A stretch of DNA of 64,000 bases from an uncultured Candidatus Saccharibacteria bacterium (GCA_964431415.1 CAYSJS010000001.1:65740-129739), one strand, 5' to 3'; counted from the stretch's first letter, positions 46,859 to 55,967 are shown. Notes: generated by a model not told the origin, from the sequence alone. Translations and numbers: made by a program.

Positions 46859-47851
46859 ATGTCTGACAACGAAAAAGCAGAACTCTTACTGGTGCTAATC
46901 AAGATCATGGTTCTCTTGCTCGTGATAGGTCTTTCAGTATATGCCGGCATTGCGCGCAAAAAACGGGGCATATCCTATCCCCGTACCTCTGTTTTATTAT
47001 CTTATTACACCGAAGGCCTAAGCCTAATACCTATCACAAGCGGTAAAGTTGGCAGCATGCCATTCAGCGCCATAATCACCGTCGATGCTCGAGTTTTAAT
47101 GTATAGAGTTGAGCTGCCTTTTTCTTCAAAGGTTCATCTCTTAGGTATTCCTAACAGAGAGGGTGTCGCGCAGCTTGCACCCATAAAAGGATCAAGCTTG
47201 ATGGAACGGGTGCAGCTTGAAGGCAACTATGACAGTGATTTTTCACTCTTTGCCGAAAAGAATGAACAAGTAACGGCGCGGTATGTACTAGACCCAAAAG
47301 CCATGGCCTTCACAAGTGACTTCTGCAAATCCCATAACTGGGAAATAATAGAAAATGAGCTCTATTTTTTGCAGGCCAGCGCTGGCAGCCCGGACGACCC
47401 CACGGATATGTTCAGTGATATCGAACGGTTTGTGAGCGAGATCCGTCCTGCAGTAGCAAAGCCGCTCGAAGCAAAAGAGCGCCGCGCATCACTGCCATAC
47501 GGCGTCGACGAGAGACAAACACTGCCGTGCCCCGTATGTTCCAAGCCAATGAGTAACCAGCGAGGTTACTTTGTTTGCCCGGACGGACATGGAGCACTTG
47601 TTACCGGCAAGAAACTTCATGAACTAAAAAAAGGCATCCAAATAGAACTTCCGCCACTAGTATCGTCCACGAATAGATCGCATAAATCCCTAAAGTGTCC
47701 ATCTTGCGGCAGCACCATGACGGCAATTAAGTACAATGGCGGCAAAAATATAATCGACAGCTGTACGTCGTGTCCATACCGGTGGCTCGATCACTACGAA
47801 GCGGCAAAAATCGCAGAGACTAAACCTACTGCATCCTCTTTCGCTAGCTGA
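46859..47851 (+). CDS. Membrane-anchored protein with two C-terminal zinc-ribbon (CxxC...CxxC) modules
   Basis: ATG at 46859; the track start 46838 is TTG. One N-terminal TM. CPVCSKPM...FVCPDGHG and CPSCGSTM...CTSCPYRWLD resemble TFIIB-type zinc ribbons. Confidence 0.55.
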   Translation: MSDNEKAELLLVLIKIMVLLLVIGLSVYAGIARKKRGISYPRTSVLLSYYTEGLSLIPITSGKVGSMPFSAIITVDARVLMYRVELPFSSKVHLLGIPNREGVAQLAPIKGSSLMERVQLEGNYDSDFSLFAEKNEQVTARYVLDPKAMAFTSDFCKSHNWEIIENELYFLQASAGSPDDPTDMFSDIERFVSEIRPAVAKPLEAKERRASLPYGVDERQTLPCPVCSKPMSNQRGYFVCPDGHGALVTGKKLHELKKGIQIELPPLVSSTNRSHKSLKCPSCGSTMTAIKYNGGKNIIDSCTSCPYRWLDHYEAAKIAETKPTASSFAS

Positions 47852-47935
47852 CGCGACATAATAAAAGGTGCGTTCACCAACCATAAGACTCATCTAGCTC
47901 GATCATAAAAAATGCCTATTCTCTGTGGCGACACT

Positions 47936-48032
47936 CAGCATGAGCAGAGCGTTTAGCGTAATCCGAGAAAGCGTTTAACTCTTGACTAGGATCGTCTATT
48001 TTTTGCACTATTGTATGGCTAGTACCAGCAGG
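47936..48032 (-). repeat. Cassette-3' motif family, long copy (I)
   Basis: cagcatgagcagagc (47936-47950) and tgtatggctagtaccagcagg (48012-48032) match the left and right arms of the 62962-63037 element. Lies 18-114 nt 3' of the stop of 48050..48592. Confidence 0.5.
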
Positions 48033-48049
48033 GAAGTTACTTTGCTATT

Positions 48050-48592
48050 TTATTTCGTCTGTAGCCGTTCATTAACGATCTTGCTAACCGATTCATACAC
48101 CTCTTTTGGTGACTTATTGGCGTCTACTCGAATCAAATCAGGACGTTTAAGATTTTCAATGAATTCGTACTTAAACATCACATCTTCAAGTTTGTCTCCA
48201 CCTAGATTTAAATGTTCTTTGTTTGTGCGACCACGTTCTTCAATGCGTTCACGATGCGTCTCGATTGTAGCTTGTAGTATGATCGGCACTACGCAAATCT
48301 CGGACATATCCTTTTTCAGAGCGTCCAGACTCTCCCATACCCTTGGCGCAGACATATGTGTGTCCACTATTACCGTGATCCCTACGGACAGTTGTTTCCT
48401 GACCAAATACCACATAACTTCATAAGCTACCGGCGAAACCTCATGAAAACTTTTATCAAGGGCGGGGCGCAGGGCATCATTAATAACATCTGAACTAAAC
48501 ACAGGATACTTAAATGCGGCAGACAACTTTGCTGCTACAGTAGTCTTGCCAGCCCCAGCAAATCCACCAATCACAACGAGTCCCGTTTTCAT
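48050..48592 (-). CDS. P-loop NTPase/kinase (AAA_33/zeta-toxin-like fold class)
   Basis: Walker A GGFAGAGKTT near the N-terminus. 180 aa. Confidence 0.6.
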   Translation of the reverse strand: MKTGLVVIGGFAGAGKTTVAAKLSAAFKYPVFSSDVINDALRPALDKSFHEVSPVAYEVMWYLVRKQLSVGITVIVDTHMSAPRVWESLDALKKDMSEICVVPIILQATIETHRERIEERGRTNKEHLNLGGDKLEDVMFKYEFIENLKRPDLIRVDANKSPKEVYESVSKIVNERLQTK

Positions 48593-48659
48593 GCCCTTAC
48601 TATAACAAACCTAATTTGCTTCGAAGTAGTTATTTATAATCCGGTACTCGACAAGATGT

Positions 48660-49232
48660 CTATTTTCTACTGATAAATCTTGAGATTACCCAGGTACCTA
48701 AAGTAATACCAAAGAATATGCCTGACGTATGGCTCCAACCAGGAAGTGTTTTTTCTTCCGCACCTTTTATATATGTATCAGGAATAGGCACGGCTTGGTC
48801 TTTAACCGGGTGTATAGACAAAACCTTTTTTGGATTTATGCGTTCTAACGCAGCAGGGAGAAGCGCCATCGACTCGCCAAAATCCGGGTTAACTCTTAAC
48901 AAATGTTTGCCTATGGTTTCGGGTCTATTAATTTTTCCGCAGATACACACGACTTTGGTTATTTTATTTGATACAGAAAATACATTGAGTGCCGCACTGG
49001 CGCCGGCACTAACTCCAGCCAAAGAAACTGAATTATTTTTTGAATGCAATGAGTCTATTAGTTCTAATAGTCGCTGCTGTTTAGCTTCAAACCCTTCGGC
49101 TTTATTCCAGCCCAGCGGCATATAATGCGGCCGCAGTCCAAAAAGACGCCATAGCTGAATGACAATATTTTGACCATAACTCCTATGATCACCAATCCCC
49201 GGTATATAAATGACGTGTCTAGCCATTCGCAC
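48660..49232 (-). CDS. Small alpha/beta hydrolase (esterase-like)
   Basis: VIYIPGIGDH and nucleophile elbow GVSAG. GTG start at 49232 or ATG at 49226. Confidence 0.55.
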   Translation of the reverse strand: MRMARHVIYIPGIGDHRSYGQNIVIQLWRLFGLRPHYMPLGWNKAEGFEAKQQRLLELIDSLHSKNNSVSLAGVSAGASAALNVFSVSNKITKVVCICGKINRPETIGKHLLRVNPDFGESMALLPAALERINPKKVLSIHPVKDQAVPIPDTYIKGAEEKTLPGWSHTSGIFFGITLGTWVISRFISRK

Positions 49233-49271
49233 ATCATAGCAGATATTACTCAGACATCACTCACTACCTAA

Positions 49272-49295
49272 GGGGTTTCCGCCAGCTGAAGGAGG
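49272..49295 (-). repeat. Cassette-3' motif family, GGGGTTTCCGCC variant (H1)
   Basis: ggggtttccgccagctgaaggagg, 33-56 nt 3' of the stop of 49328..50059. Shares a 13-mer with 50706-50730. Confidence 0.55.
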
Positions 49296-49327
49296 AATAC
49301 ACTTTTTTTAGAGCCCGGCAGAAGAAC

Positions 49328-50059
49328 TCACACTATACTGATCAGTTCGCTTAAATGTTTTATCGTATACGTAGGTTTGTGTATTCCATCTAGTTTCTCA
49401 TTGTTTTTATTGAACCAGCAGGAGTCTATGCCAGCATTCATACCGAAGCCTACGTCAGACTTTAAGGAATCTCCAATTATCAAATAATCATCTCTACAAA
49501 AGTCTTTATACCTTTGCTCTATGGCTTCAAAGAATTCTACTTTTGGCTTCATGAATCCAAACATATCAGCCGACAGCACTTCTGTAACAAACTCTCGGCA
49601 GCCGATTTTTTCGAGTTTCGTTTCGGTTGCAGCGCCAGGACCATTTGTAGCAATAATTATCGTATATTCACCGGCTAGGTATTTGAGCGTACGTAATGCG
49701 CCATTAATTGGATACACGCTTTCTGTTAAAGCAGCAGTAAACACATCTTTAAGTTCAATGGCACGTTCTAAGCTGATTGATTGTCCAAAATACAGAAGAA
49801 ACCGCTGGGCACGTACCCAGTCAAGATATTTTTCGCTCTTTTTGCCGGTCTCTTGTTTTAATTCGTCTGGTATTTGTATCAGTCCATCCTGCCAGTCAAG
49901 CCAGAATTTTTTATCGAGCGCATACCATCTGTCAAAGTTGTTTTCGGTATAATCCTCACCGCAGAAGGCTACCATAGCCTTAAAGGCAGCCCGAACACTT
50001 TCTTTATTATCTATAAGTGTGTCATCCAGATCAAAAATAAGGATTTTATATTTCTTCAT
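49328..50059 (-). CDS. HAD-superfamily hydrolase (YjjG-like nucleotidase class)
   Basis: Start at MKKYKILIFDLDDTLIDN (DxDxT motif I); the ORF track start is 50095. GDSLKSDV motif IV. Confidence 0.8.
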   Translation of the reverse strand: MKKYKILIFDLDDTLIDNKESVRAAFKAMVAFCGEDYTENNFDRWYALDKKFWLDWQDGLIQIPDELKQETGKKSEKYLDWVRAQRFLLYFGQSISLERAIELKDVFTAALTESVYPINGALRTLKYLAGEYTIIIATNGPGAATETKLEKIGCREFVTEVLSADMFGFMKPKVEFFEAIEQRYKDFCRDDYLIIGDSLKSDVGFGMNAGIDSCWFNKNNEKLDGIHKPTYTIKHLSELISIV

Positions 50060-50191
50060 ACAGGTGAATATAGCAGAAATATCGGCCGCGAGCATCTGCG
50101 CAGCAGTGCTGTCGCCCTCAACTCAGTTATGACATGCCGCGTAACTTTTTATACATCAGTCCTTGCTTAATGAAGTTATATACTATAAGAC

Positions 50192-50686
50192 ATGACATCG
50201 CAAAATCCCGAGTCCAGTAGTCGTGAAGCATTCGATGCTTTATGTCATACAGTCGATGCGTTGTTGCTCGGCAAAGAAACCGAAGTGACCGAGTGGAGCG
50301 AAAAAGACCCTTCCGGAATGCGCCTTTCTTCAAACGGCGTAATTAGAGGTATTCAATGTTTTCTTGCTCCGAGCCGGCAACACAAAGTTGTTAGTAAAGA
50401 GGTTGATGTAATGACACAGGGAGGTTATGAGGGTGTACGGATTATCGACAGAACCGCATCTGTGGATGGGCAGATATCTGTATGCGACATTCTTATGACA
50501 GGTTATTATGCATACGACATAAGCTCATTTCTGATGGGTCAGGCCGTATGGCATGCGCCGCTTGCGCCCGAAAGATTAACCGAAGAAGAGGCGAAAGCTA
50601 TATCTGGCTGCATTAGTGGTGAACTACGTAACGTAGAGGCCGCCGAAACCACCCTGCAGAGGTTTAGGGTTTATCACAATATCTAA
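50192..50686 (+). CDS. Hypothetical protein (only + strand unit in the array)
   Basis: 164-aa ORF. A tatact -10 (50179-50184) lies 7 nt before the ATG, so the mRNA may be leaderless. Confidence 0.45.
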   Translation: MTSQNPESSSREAFDALCHTVDALLLGKETEVTEWSEKDPSGMRLSSNGVIRGIQCFLAPSRQHKVVSKEVDVMTQGGYEGVRIIDRTASVDGQISVCDILMTGYYAYDISSFLMGQAVWHAPLAPERLTEEEAKAISGCISGELRNVEAAETTLQRFRVYHNI

Positions 50687-50705
50687 ACGATATGCGTACT
50701 GTTCA

Positions 50706-50730
50706 GGGGTTTCCGCCGGCTAGCGGAGGG
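50706..50730 (-). repeat. Cassette-3' motif family, GGGGTTTCCGCC variant (H2)
   Basis: ggggtttccgccggctagcggaggg, 15-39 nt 3' of the stop of 50745..51218. Confidence 0.55.
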
Positions 50731-50744
50731 CTTATCTCTGAAGC

Positions 50745-51218
50745 TTAAATTTCGGGCTTGAGGCGACTGACTTCTGCAATTATACAACCGATTTTTAGCG
50801 GCCTTACCGCCCAATCCACGGTTAATGGCCCATGTAAGTAGTCCGAGTAATTTCCTATTTCTTGCGCATAATCTTCCTCAGTGCTAGCACCTACTGTCAC
50901 TATTTTAGCTGCATCTAATGTTACTGGTTCGTTATCTACATTCATGCCGATAGGCCTTCTTACAAAACCCTGCATAAACAAATAGCTTAATACTTCCTTA
51001 CCTCCACCCATGCCATTACCCAAATTTGAGTCAACAAAAGCAACATCAACTAAGTCCGGGTTGACTTCGCCTCGTTCACATAGTGCTATAACGTCCCAAA
51101 CGCAAGATGCCGAAGCGACAACTACATGCCCGAGACGATTTAAGGCGTCGGTAATTTCTTCGGTTTTAAATTCATCATCATCAACTATTAATGCTCTGAT
51201 CCGCCTTGATTCACTCAT
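50745..51218 (-). CDS. Receiver-domain-like (CheY-fold) protein with uncharacterised C-terminal part
   Basis: RALIVDDDEF...DLVDVAFVDSNLG resembles receiver acidic-pocket and phospho-acceptor spacing. 157 aa. Confidence 0.45.
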   Translation of the reverse strand: MSESRRIRALIVDDDEFKTEEITDALNRLGHVVVASASCVWDVIALCERGEVNPDLVDVAFVDSNLGNGMGGGKEVLSYLFMQGFVRRPIGMNVDNEPVTLDAAKIVTVGASTEEDYAQEIGNYSDYLHGPLTVDWAVRPLKIGCIIAEVSRLKPEI

Positions 51219-51255
51219 GGCAAAAAGAATAACATTTTATTATTAAAAAGCATAT

Positions 51256-51302
51256 CGCTTGCGCTCGGCTGTGGCTTCAGCCAGTGGCGGAGTATGTACT
51301 CC
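51256..51302 (-). repeat. Cassette-3' motif family copy (G)
   Basis: cgcttgcgctcggctgtggcttcagccagtggcggagtatgtactcc, 9-55 nt 3' of the stop of 51311..51676. Bridges the GCTT..GGCTG and GCCAGTGGCGGAG variants. Confidence 0.5.
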
Positions 51303-51310
51303 CGGAACTC

Positions 51311-51676
51311 TTAATGCCTATGTTGGATTTCCATAAGAAAAAATACAGCTAGCCAAGAAGGTAGCAGAAAACCAAATAAGATTATCCTCAAATTTGATAC
51401 CATTTTATTTATTATTTTATCTTTTGGGAGGTCATTAGATAATCCTGGTAAAGCCCATTTCCAAACATAAAACACAGCTTTTCGATTACGAGCAAGCTTT
51501 TCAGGATCAGTTAGTATCATAAATTGTTTTGGACTTCCTATTATTTCATAGTATTTAGGATAATGCTTAGCTATATATTTAAATAAGTCGTTGGTCAGCA
51601 AAAAAGCATATAAGATTGCCACTAAAAATATGATGGTAACGGATACCGGCAGAAGATTAGTTGTAGCATTAGTCAT
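51311..51676 (-). CDS. Small membrane protein
   Basis: 121 aa with 3 hydrophobic helices, in an AT-rich region. Confidence 0.45.
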   Translation of the reverse strand: MTNATTNLLPVSVTIIFLVAILYAFLLTNDLFKYIAKHYPKYYEIIGSPKQFMILTDPEKLARNRKAVFYVWKWALPGLSNDLPKDKIINKMVSNLRIILFGFLLPSWLAVFFLMEIQHRH

Positions 51677-51763
51677 AAGTCAATTATAGCAAGTAAAGAA
51701 CCTCTAGGCATGACAAGGGGTTAGGATTAAACCGCGCAAGCAGTTCGGTCGCCTAAACCAACA

Positions 51764-51805
51764 GCCAAAGAAAAACCCGCCATTTTAGGCGGGACTTTCT
51801 TTGGC
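51764..51805 (-). terminator. Rho-independent (bidirectional-type) terminator
   Basis: gccaaagaaaaacccgcc atttta ggcgggactttctttggc: GC core stem with flanking A/T tracts, 34 nt 3' of the stop of 51839..52351. Confidence 0.75.
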
Positions 51806-51838
51806 TGGACATTGTAGACGTTATTAGAACTATACTTA

Positions 51839-52351
51839 TCACAGAGCGATCAGTAACATAAGTCCAAAAATAATTCCAAGCAAAAACAAAACAGAGAACA
51901 GACGCCCAGTTCTGCTCATGCTTTTTAAACTTAACAGAATCTTTTGAACAGCTGGTTTATTTTTTATAAATCTGTTCCATATACCCGTGAATACCGAAAA
52001 CAGTAATGAGAATATCCAGAACTTGAATGTTATTGCAGCAATATTTTTAAAATTTTCAGCCTGTTGATTTTCGACAGCATATCTTCCACAGTTTCCAACA
52101 CCAGCAATTTCATCTGAGGCGTTTAATACACTGACCGTCAGCAGCGCAAGGGTAACAATGCCTAAGACTACAATTGAGTAAAGCGTTATTTTCGTAACTA
52201 ATGATTTCTTATGTTTACGAAAGAGTAATTTAGTTGCGGATAAAAGTACTGGGATACCCAGGGATACAGCTGCGACGATAAGGAGCGTAGTAATTGAGGC
52301 TTTTTGTGTGATATCAAAAGTAATGCAATCGGCAAAATTGCTGATGTTCAT
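51839..52351 (-). CDS. Membrane protein (4-5 TM)
   Basis: 170-aa hydrophobic protein with no recognisable family. Confidence 0.45.
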   Translation of the reverse strand: MNISNFADCITFDITQKASITTLLIVAAVSLGIPVLLSATKLLFRKHKKSLVTKITLYSIVVLGIVTLALLTVSVLNASDEIAGVGNCGRYAVENQQAENFKNIAAITFKFWIFSLLFSVFTGIWNRFIKNKPAVQKILLSLKSMSRTGRLFSVLFLLGIIFGLMLLIAL

Positions 52352-52393
52352 GCGTAAACTGTACCACTCTTAAATAGAATTATCTATTATACT

Positions 52394-52427
52394 TGTGCTT
52401 GGCTGGGGCTAGTGGACGAGTTGCAGG
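52394..52427 (-). repeat. Cassette-3' motif family copy (A)
   Basis: tgtgcttggctggggctagtggacgagttgcagg, 16-49 nt 3' of the stop of 52443..52820. Confidence 0.6.
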
Positions 52428-52442
52428 AAGTATGGACAGGAT

Positions 52443-52820
52443 TTAAAGATTTGGGCTGTGCAGTTCTTCACGATTTTTCATTAGCATGAGTTTTGATTGC
52501 TCTAGATCATAGACCCGTAATCCAACGACGATTATCCTTCCAACTTCATCTGTGGGAATTCTGATTTGATCACCACCCAAACCAAATTCTAGTTTCTTAC
52601 CTGGGAACATTGCTTGTACGACACCGTAGTATTGATCGCCGACCTCTCGTGCTCGCCGCGCACCATGGGTCTGGGCAAAACTTAAGTTATCAAGTGGCGC
52701 AAGAAACACGTCACCATTGCCGTCACGGAATCCCTCTTCGGCAATTCTTTCGGCACTTCTAAAATCTGTACCATGATAGCCGCCAATGTGAATATTTCGA
52801 ACAGAATCATACTCCGACAT
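52443..52820 (-). CDS. Hypothetical protein with GYHGT...E pattern (speculative ADP-ribosyltransferase/Tpt1-like fold)
   Basis: 125 aa. N-terminus IHIGGYHGTDFRSAERIAEEGF resembles the YHGT nucleotide-binding start of ART-fold enzymes; this is weak and motif-level only. Confidence 0.4.
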   Translation of the reverse strand: MSEYDSVRNIHIGGYHGTDFRSAERIAEEGFRDGNGDVFLAPLDNLSFAQTHGARRAREVGDQYYGVVQAMFPGKKLEFGLGGDQIRIPTDEVGRIIVVGLRVYDLEQSKLMLMKNREELHSPNL

Positions 52821-52826
52821 AATGAT

Positions 52827-52855
52827 ATATTACCACATTATATGCATAATTTCAA
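52827..52855 (-). promoter_or_regulatory. Promoter of 52443..52820, probably producing a leaderless mRNA
   Basis: On the minus strand: -35 ttgaaa, 17-nt spacer, -10 taatat, then 6 nt to the ATG at 52820. Confidence 0.5.
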
Positions 52856-52865
52856 TAGTTCTAAA

Positions 52866-52906
52866 GTGCTTATGCTTGGCTGGGATTAGCGGACAAACTT
52901 CGCAAC
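52866..52906 (-). repeat. Cassette-3' motif family copy (B)
   Basis: gtgcttatgcttggctgggattagcggacaaacttcgcaac, 42-82 nt 3' of the stop of 52948..53409. Followed by a ttcgca/tgcgaa 6-bp inverted repeat. Confidence 0.6.
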
Positions 52907-52947
52907 ATTGATGCGAAATTACTTTCTATCATTCAACATGCGTAAGT

Positions 52948-53409
52948 TTATTCTTTCGGTAGTTCCGTCTCTGGGTTAGCTGCACCAAACAGTGTTGACG
53001 CATCTACTGACCCTTCAGGATGACCTACTGCTTCTGCTAATTGTGCTGCGAGTTCTGGGTCACCCGCAATTCTTCGTTCTACCAGTTGCGATATTGTTGC
53101 TGGGTAAAATACGCCGACAACACGTCCGTGTCGTGAAACTATTGCTGGTGTATTATTCATCACCGATTCATCAATCCCTTCAGCTAAAGTTCGTACCCCT
53201 TCAGACGCCCTATCTGTTCTTGATGCTTGAATAGTTGGTTCCATTCCGTGGATACGATCAACTCCTCCGCCAAGAGCACCTTGCTCTAATGCTATTAAGT
53301 CTGAATCGCCGTCAGGATTAGCTGCTATAGCGTCTGCCCATTCTTGTGCTCGCTGATCTTTAGCACTTGATATCGCAGGTAGTTCACCGCCTTCATGTTG
53401 CATGCTCAT
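52948..53409 (-). CDS. Hypothetical protein with Phd/YefM-antitoxin-like segment
   Basis: Start at ATG 53409 (MSMQHEGG) behind AAGGAG. The longer track ORF (to 53517) reads through a repeat element. The segment NNTPAIVSRHGRVVGVFYP resembles the Phd/YefM N-terminal beta-strand region. Confidence 0.5.
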   Translation of the reverse strand: MSMQHEGGELPAISSAKDQRAQEWADAIAANPDGDSDLIALEQGALGGGVDRIHGMEPTIQASRTDRASEGVRTLAEGIDESVMNNTPAIVSRHGRVVGVFYPATISQLVERRIAGDPELAAQLAEAVGHPEGSVDASTLFGAANPETELPKE

Positions 53410-53451
53410 ATAAAACTCCTTTTGAATAATAATACGCCCACCCCCGAAAAC

Positions 53452-53516
53452 TGCAAGCATGAGCAAATTAAAAAGATCTCTGGTTATAGAGGTCAAAGTG
53501 CCTATGGCTGTAGGCA
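53452..53516 (-). repeat. Long copy (C) of the cassette-3' element; direct repeat partner of 62962-63037
   Basis: tgcaagcatgagcaaattaaaaagatctctggttatagaggtcaaagtgcctatggct aligns with 62962-63018 with ~5 substitutions and 1 indel. Contains a terminator-like hairpin with no gene upstream of it on the minus strand. Confidence 0.8.
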
Positions 53517-53702
53517 TATCTACAATGATTGTAACAGCTATAAACGAGACAAATGAGACACTACTGCGGGCCTCTCGTATTTAAAGATATTCTGTCCAGC
53601 TCTTCAGTCTGTTTTAGCATTACGCAAGCAGTCCGATATTGTATTTTTTATTGTCTTACTCTACTGTAAACGTCAGTAAGAGATTAACCGTCTGGAGCAG
53701 AT

Positions 53703-55013
53703 GTGAAGACACTTGGTGTAGTAGGCTTAGGTTATGTAGGCTTACCGCTTGCCGTACAAGCTGCAGCAAAAGGCTACAAGGTTACTGGAATAGACCTAAA
53801 CGCTAAGCTGATAGCACAAATTAATAACCGCCAATCGCCATACGTTAACGACATGCGATTTAGTGATGCCTTGCGACAGATAGACAAGAGCAGGTTAAGT
53901 GCAACGAACTCTTTTTCTTCCTTGAAGAAGGTGGAAAATATTGTTGTATGCGTACCAACGCCTACCGAAAGTGGCGTACCAGATCTGAGGTATGTGTCTC
54001 GTGCAGCGGAGCAGATTGCAACATATATTAAACCAGGACAGTTTGTGTCATTCGAGAGCACCGTAAACCCAGGCGTAACGCGCGATGTGGTACTTCCGCT
54101 ATTAGAAAAAGGATCGGGTTTAAAAGTTGGCGAAGACTTTTTTCTGGCTCATTGTCCTGAACGAATCGATCCAGGTAACGACAAATTCTTTGTAGGCAAC
54201 CTCAACAGGGTAGTGGGAGGAATAACGGATAGTTGCACGCAACGGGCGGTGAAATTCTATTCGAGCATTATCGATGCGAAGATTCTACCACTAAAATCTG
54301 CCGAGGAAGCTGAGTTTGTGAAATCATGGGAGAACAGTCATCGAAACGTCATGATTGCGCTGGCGAACAGCGCTGCGGTTATTTGTGATGCGCTCGGTAT
54401 GGACGTCGCTCGCGTACTAGAAGGTCTGCAATCTAAGGTGGATCAGTTTGGTCTTTCCTTAGCTAAACCAGGCATAGGCCCAGGCGGACATTGTATACCC
54501 GAAGACATACATTATGTGATAAGACGCGCTCGACAAATGGGAGTCGACACACGTCTTTTAGACGATGCTGCAGACCTAAACGATAATATGCCACGTTATG
54601 CTGTACATAAATTATCTGAAATGGTAAGGGATTCAGGAGAAGATCTTAGCAAGCTTTCTGTCGCCCTTCTTGGCCTAGCCTATAAACCTGAGGTAGCAGA
54701 CGTGAGATGCTCGCCGTCGATCGAAGTCGCGTACAGTTTAATACGATGCGCGAAGTCGGTTATAGTCCAGGACCCCTACGCAAAGAACATCGGCGACGCA
54801 CTGCCTCCTATACATGAAGCTACCAGCCTAGAAGAAGCATTACGCCTAGCTGATGTCATTTTTCTAGGCACGGGTCACAAGATATATATAGATCGGTTGA
54901 CGGCAAAAACATTAATGAACTACAAAATAAGGTATGTTCTCGACGGTCGTAACGTTTTAGATAAGAGCAGTATTGAAGCGGCGGGGATAGGCTACAGGGG
55001 CATCGGAAGGTAA
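53703..55013 (+). CDS. NDP-sugar dehydrogenase (UDP-glucose/GDP-mannose dehydrogenase family; WecC/TviB-like active site)
   Basis: GTG start. Rossmann motif GVVGLGYVGLPLA, catalytic GPGGHCIPEDI. 436 aa. Confidence 0.88.
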   Translation: MKTLGVVGLGYVGLPLAVQAAAKGYKVTGIDLNAKLIAQINNRQSPYVNDMRFSDALRQIDKSRLSATNSFSSLKKVENIVVCVPTPTESGVPDLRYVSRAAEQIATYIKPGQFVSFESTVNPGVTRDVVLPLLEKGSGLKVGEDFFLAHCPERIDPGNDKFFVGNLNRVVGGITDSCTQRAVKFYSSIIDAKILPLKSAEEAEFVKSWENSHRNVMIALANSAAVICDALGMDVARVLEGLQSKVDQFGLSLAKPGIGPGGHCIPEDIHYVIRRARQMGVDTRLLDDAADLNDNMPRYAVHKLSEMVRDSGEDLSKLSVALLGLAYKPEVADVRCSPSIEVAYSLIRCAKSVIVQDPYAKNIGDALPPIHEATSLEEALRLADVIFLGTGHKIYIDRLTAKTLMNYKIRYVLDGRNVLDKSSIEAAGIGYRGIGR

Positions 55014-55037
55014 AACCTGCCATGATAAGATAGTCTA

Positions 55038-55967
55038 GTGAAGAAAATACTAGACTCTGAGCTTTTAGAACTACTTCAGCGAATATATGGCCTAGCAGAC
55101 CCGGTATTGTCCAGGCCCGTAAGCGGCATTGAGAGCAGCACATACATCATAGCTACTAAAAAACGAAAGTACGTAGCAAAGCTATACGACGATGTTCCCA
55201 GTGCAAAAATCATTGCTCAGTTTCAGGACCGGCTTTCTATATCCCATCTACCAGTGCCCTATATACTGCGCACAAGTTCTGGTGAGCTCACAACCCAAAT
55301 AGATGACGGCGTTATGGTGATATCCACGTTTTCATACGGCGAACCAATTGGCTGGAGTAAGGAGTTTGCTTCTCTGCCCAGTCATCTAAATACAAGTCTC
55401 GCTCTTGTTGTAGCTAAAATGCACTTACTATCCCTAGATATAGACACAAAGACCAAGCCGTCACATCGATTAAGTGTTGAACGAATAACGGGCTTACAAA
55501 GTTATGACTCTACAAAATGGCCATTTTTAGACAAACTTCAATATGTAAGAAAAGGCATGATACACGGCGACTTGGCACGTGAGAATATATTTATCAGCAA
55601 GTCACGTAAGTCAGTTGAGGCAATCATTGACTTTGGTGATGCCCACTATGACTACATAACATTCGACTTAGCTATATTGCTCACGCAAATTTATGTTACA
55701 AAAAGCTGGGGCATAGACTTTGATGGCATTCGTGAATTTCTGGCACAGTACACTCAGATGAACCTTTTATCTGAAAGAGAGCGCGAAACTATACTACCCT
55801 TGATGAAACTTCGAAATAAAAGCTTGTTGCAGGAAATTGAGCAAAAGCTTCGTAAAGAAAATGCCGACGTGATGACCTTGGATTCGATAAAGCGATCTCT
55901 GGAGTTCAAACTAGAGTTGCTAAACGAACACGGCAATCGATTAAATAATATTATTCTGAGCAGCTAG
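55038..55967 (+). CDS. APH/choline-kinase-family phosphotransferase
   Basis: GTG start. Brenner motif MIHGDLARENIF and IIDFGDAHYD. Confidence 0.8.
   Translation: MKKILDSELLELLQRIYGLADPVLSRPVSGIESSTYIIATKKRKYVAKLYDDVPSAKIIAQFQDRLSISHLPVPYILRTSSGELTTQIDDGVMVISTFSYGEPIGWSKEFASLPSHLNTSLALVVAKMHLLSLDIDTKTKPSHRLSVERITGLQSYDSTKWPFLDKLQYVRKGMIHGDLARENIFISKSRKSVEAIIDFGDAHYDYITFDLAILLTQIYVTKSWGIDFDGIREFLAQYTQMNLLSERERETILPLMKLRNKSLLQEIEQKLRKENADVMTLDSIKRSLEFKLELLNEHGNRLNNIILSS

Noticed and set aside
53410-53517. N-terminal 36-aa extension of ORF 52948..53517, and likewise 63627..63686 of ORF 63045..63686
   Set aside because: Both extensions are translations of the intergenic repeat elements. Internal ATGs with a proper RBS or signal peptide give more plausible starts.
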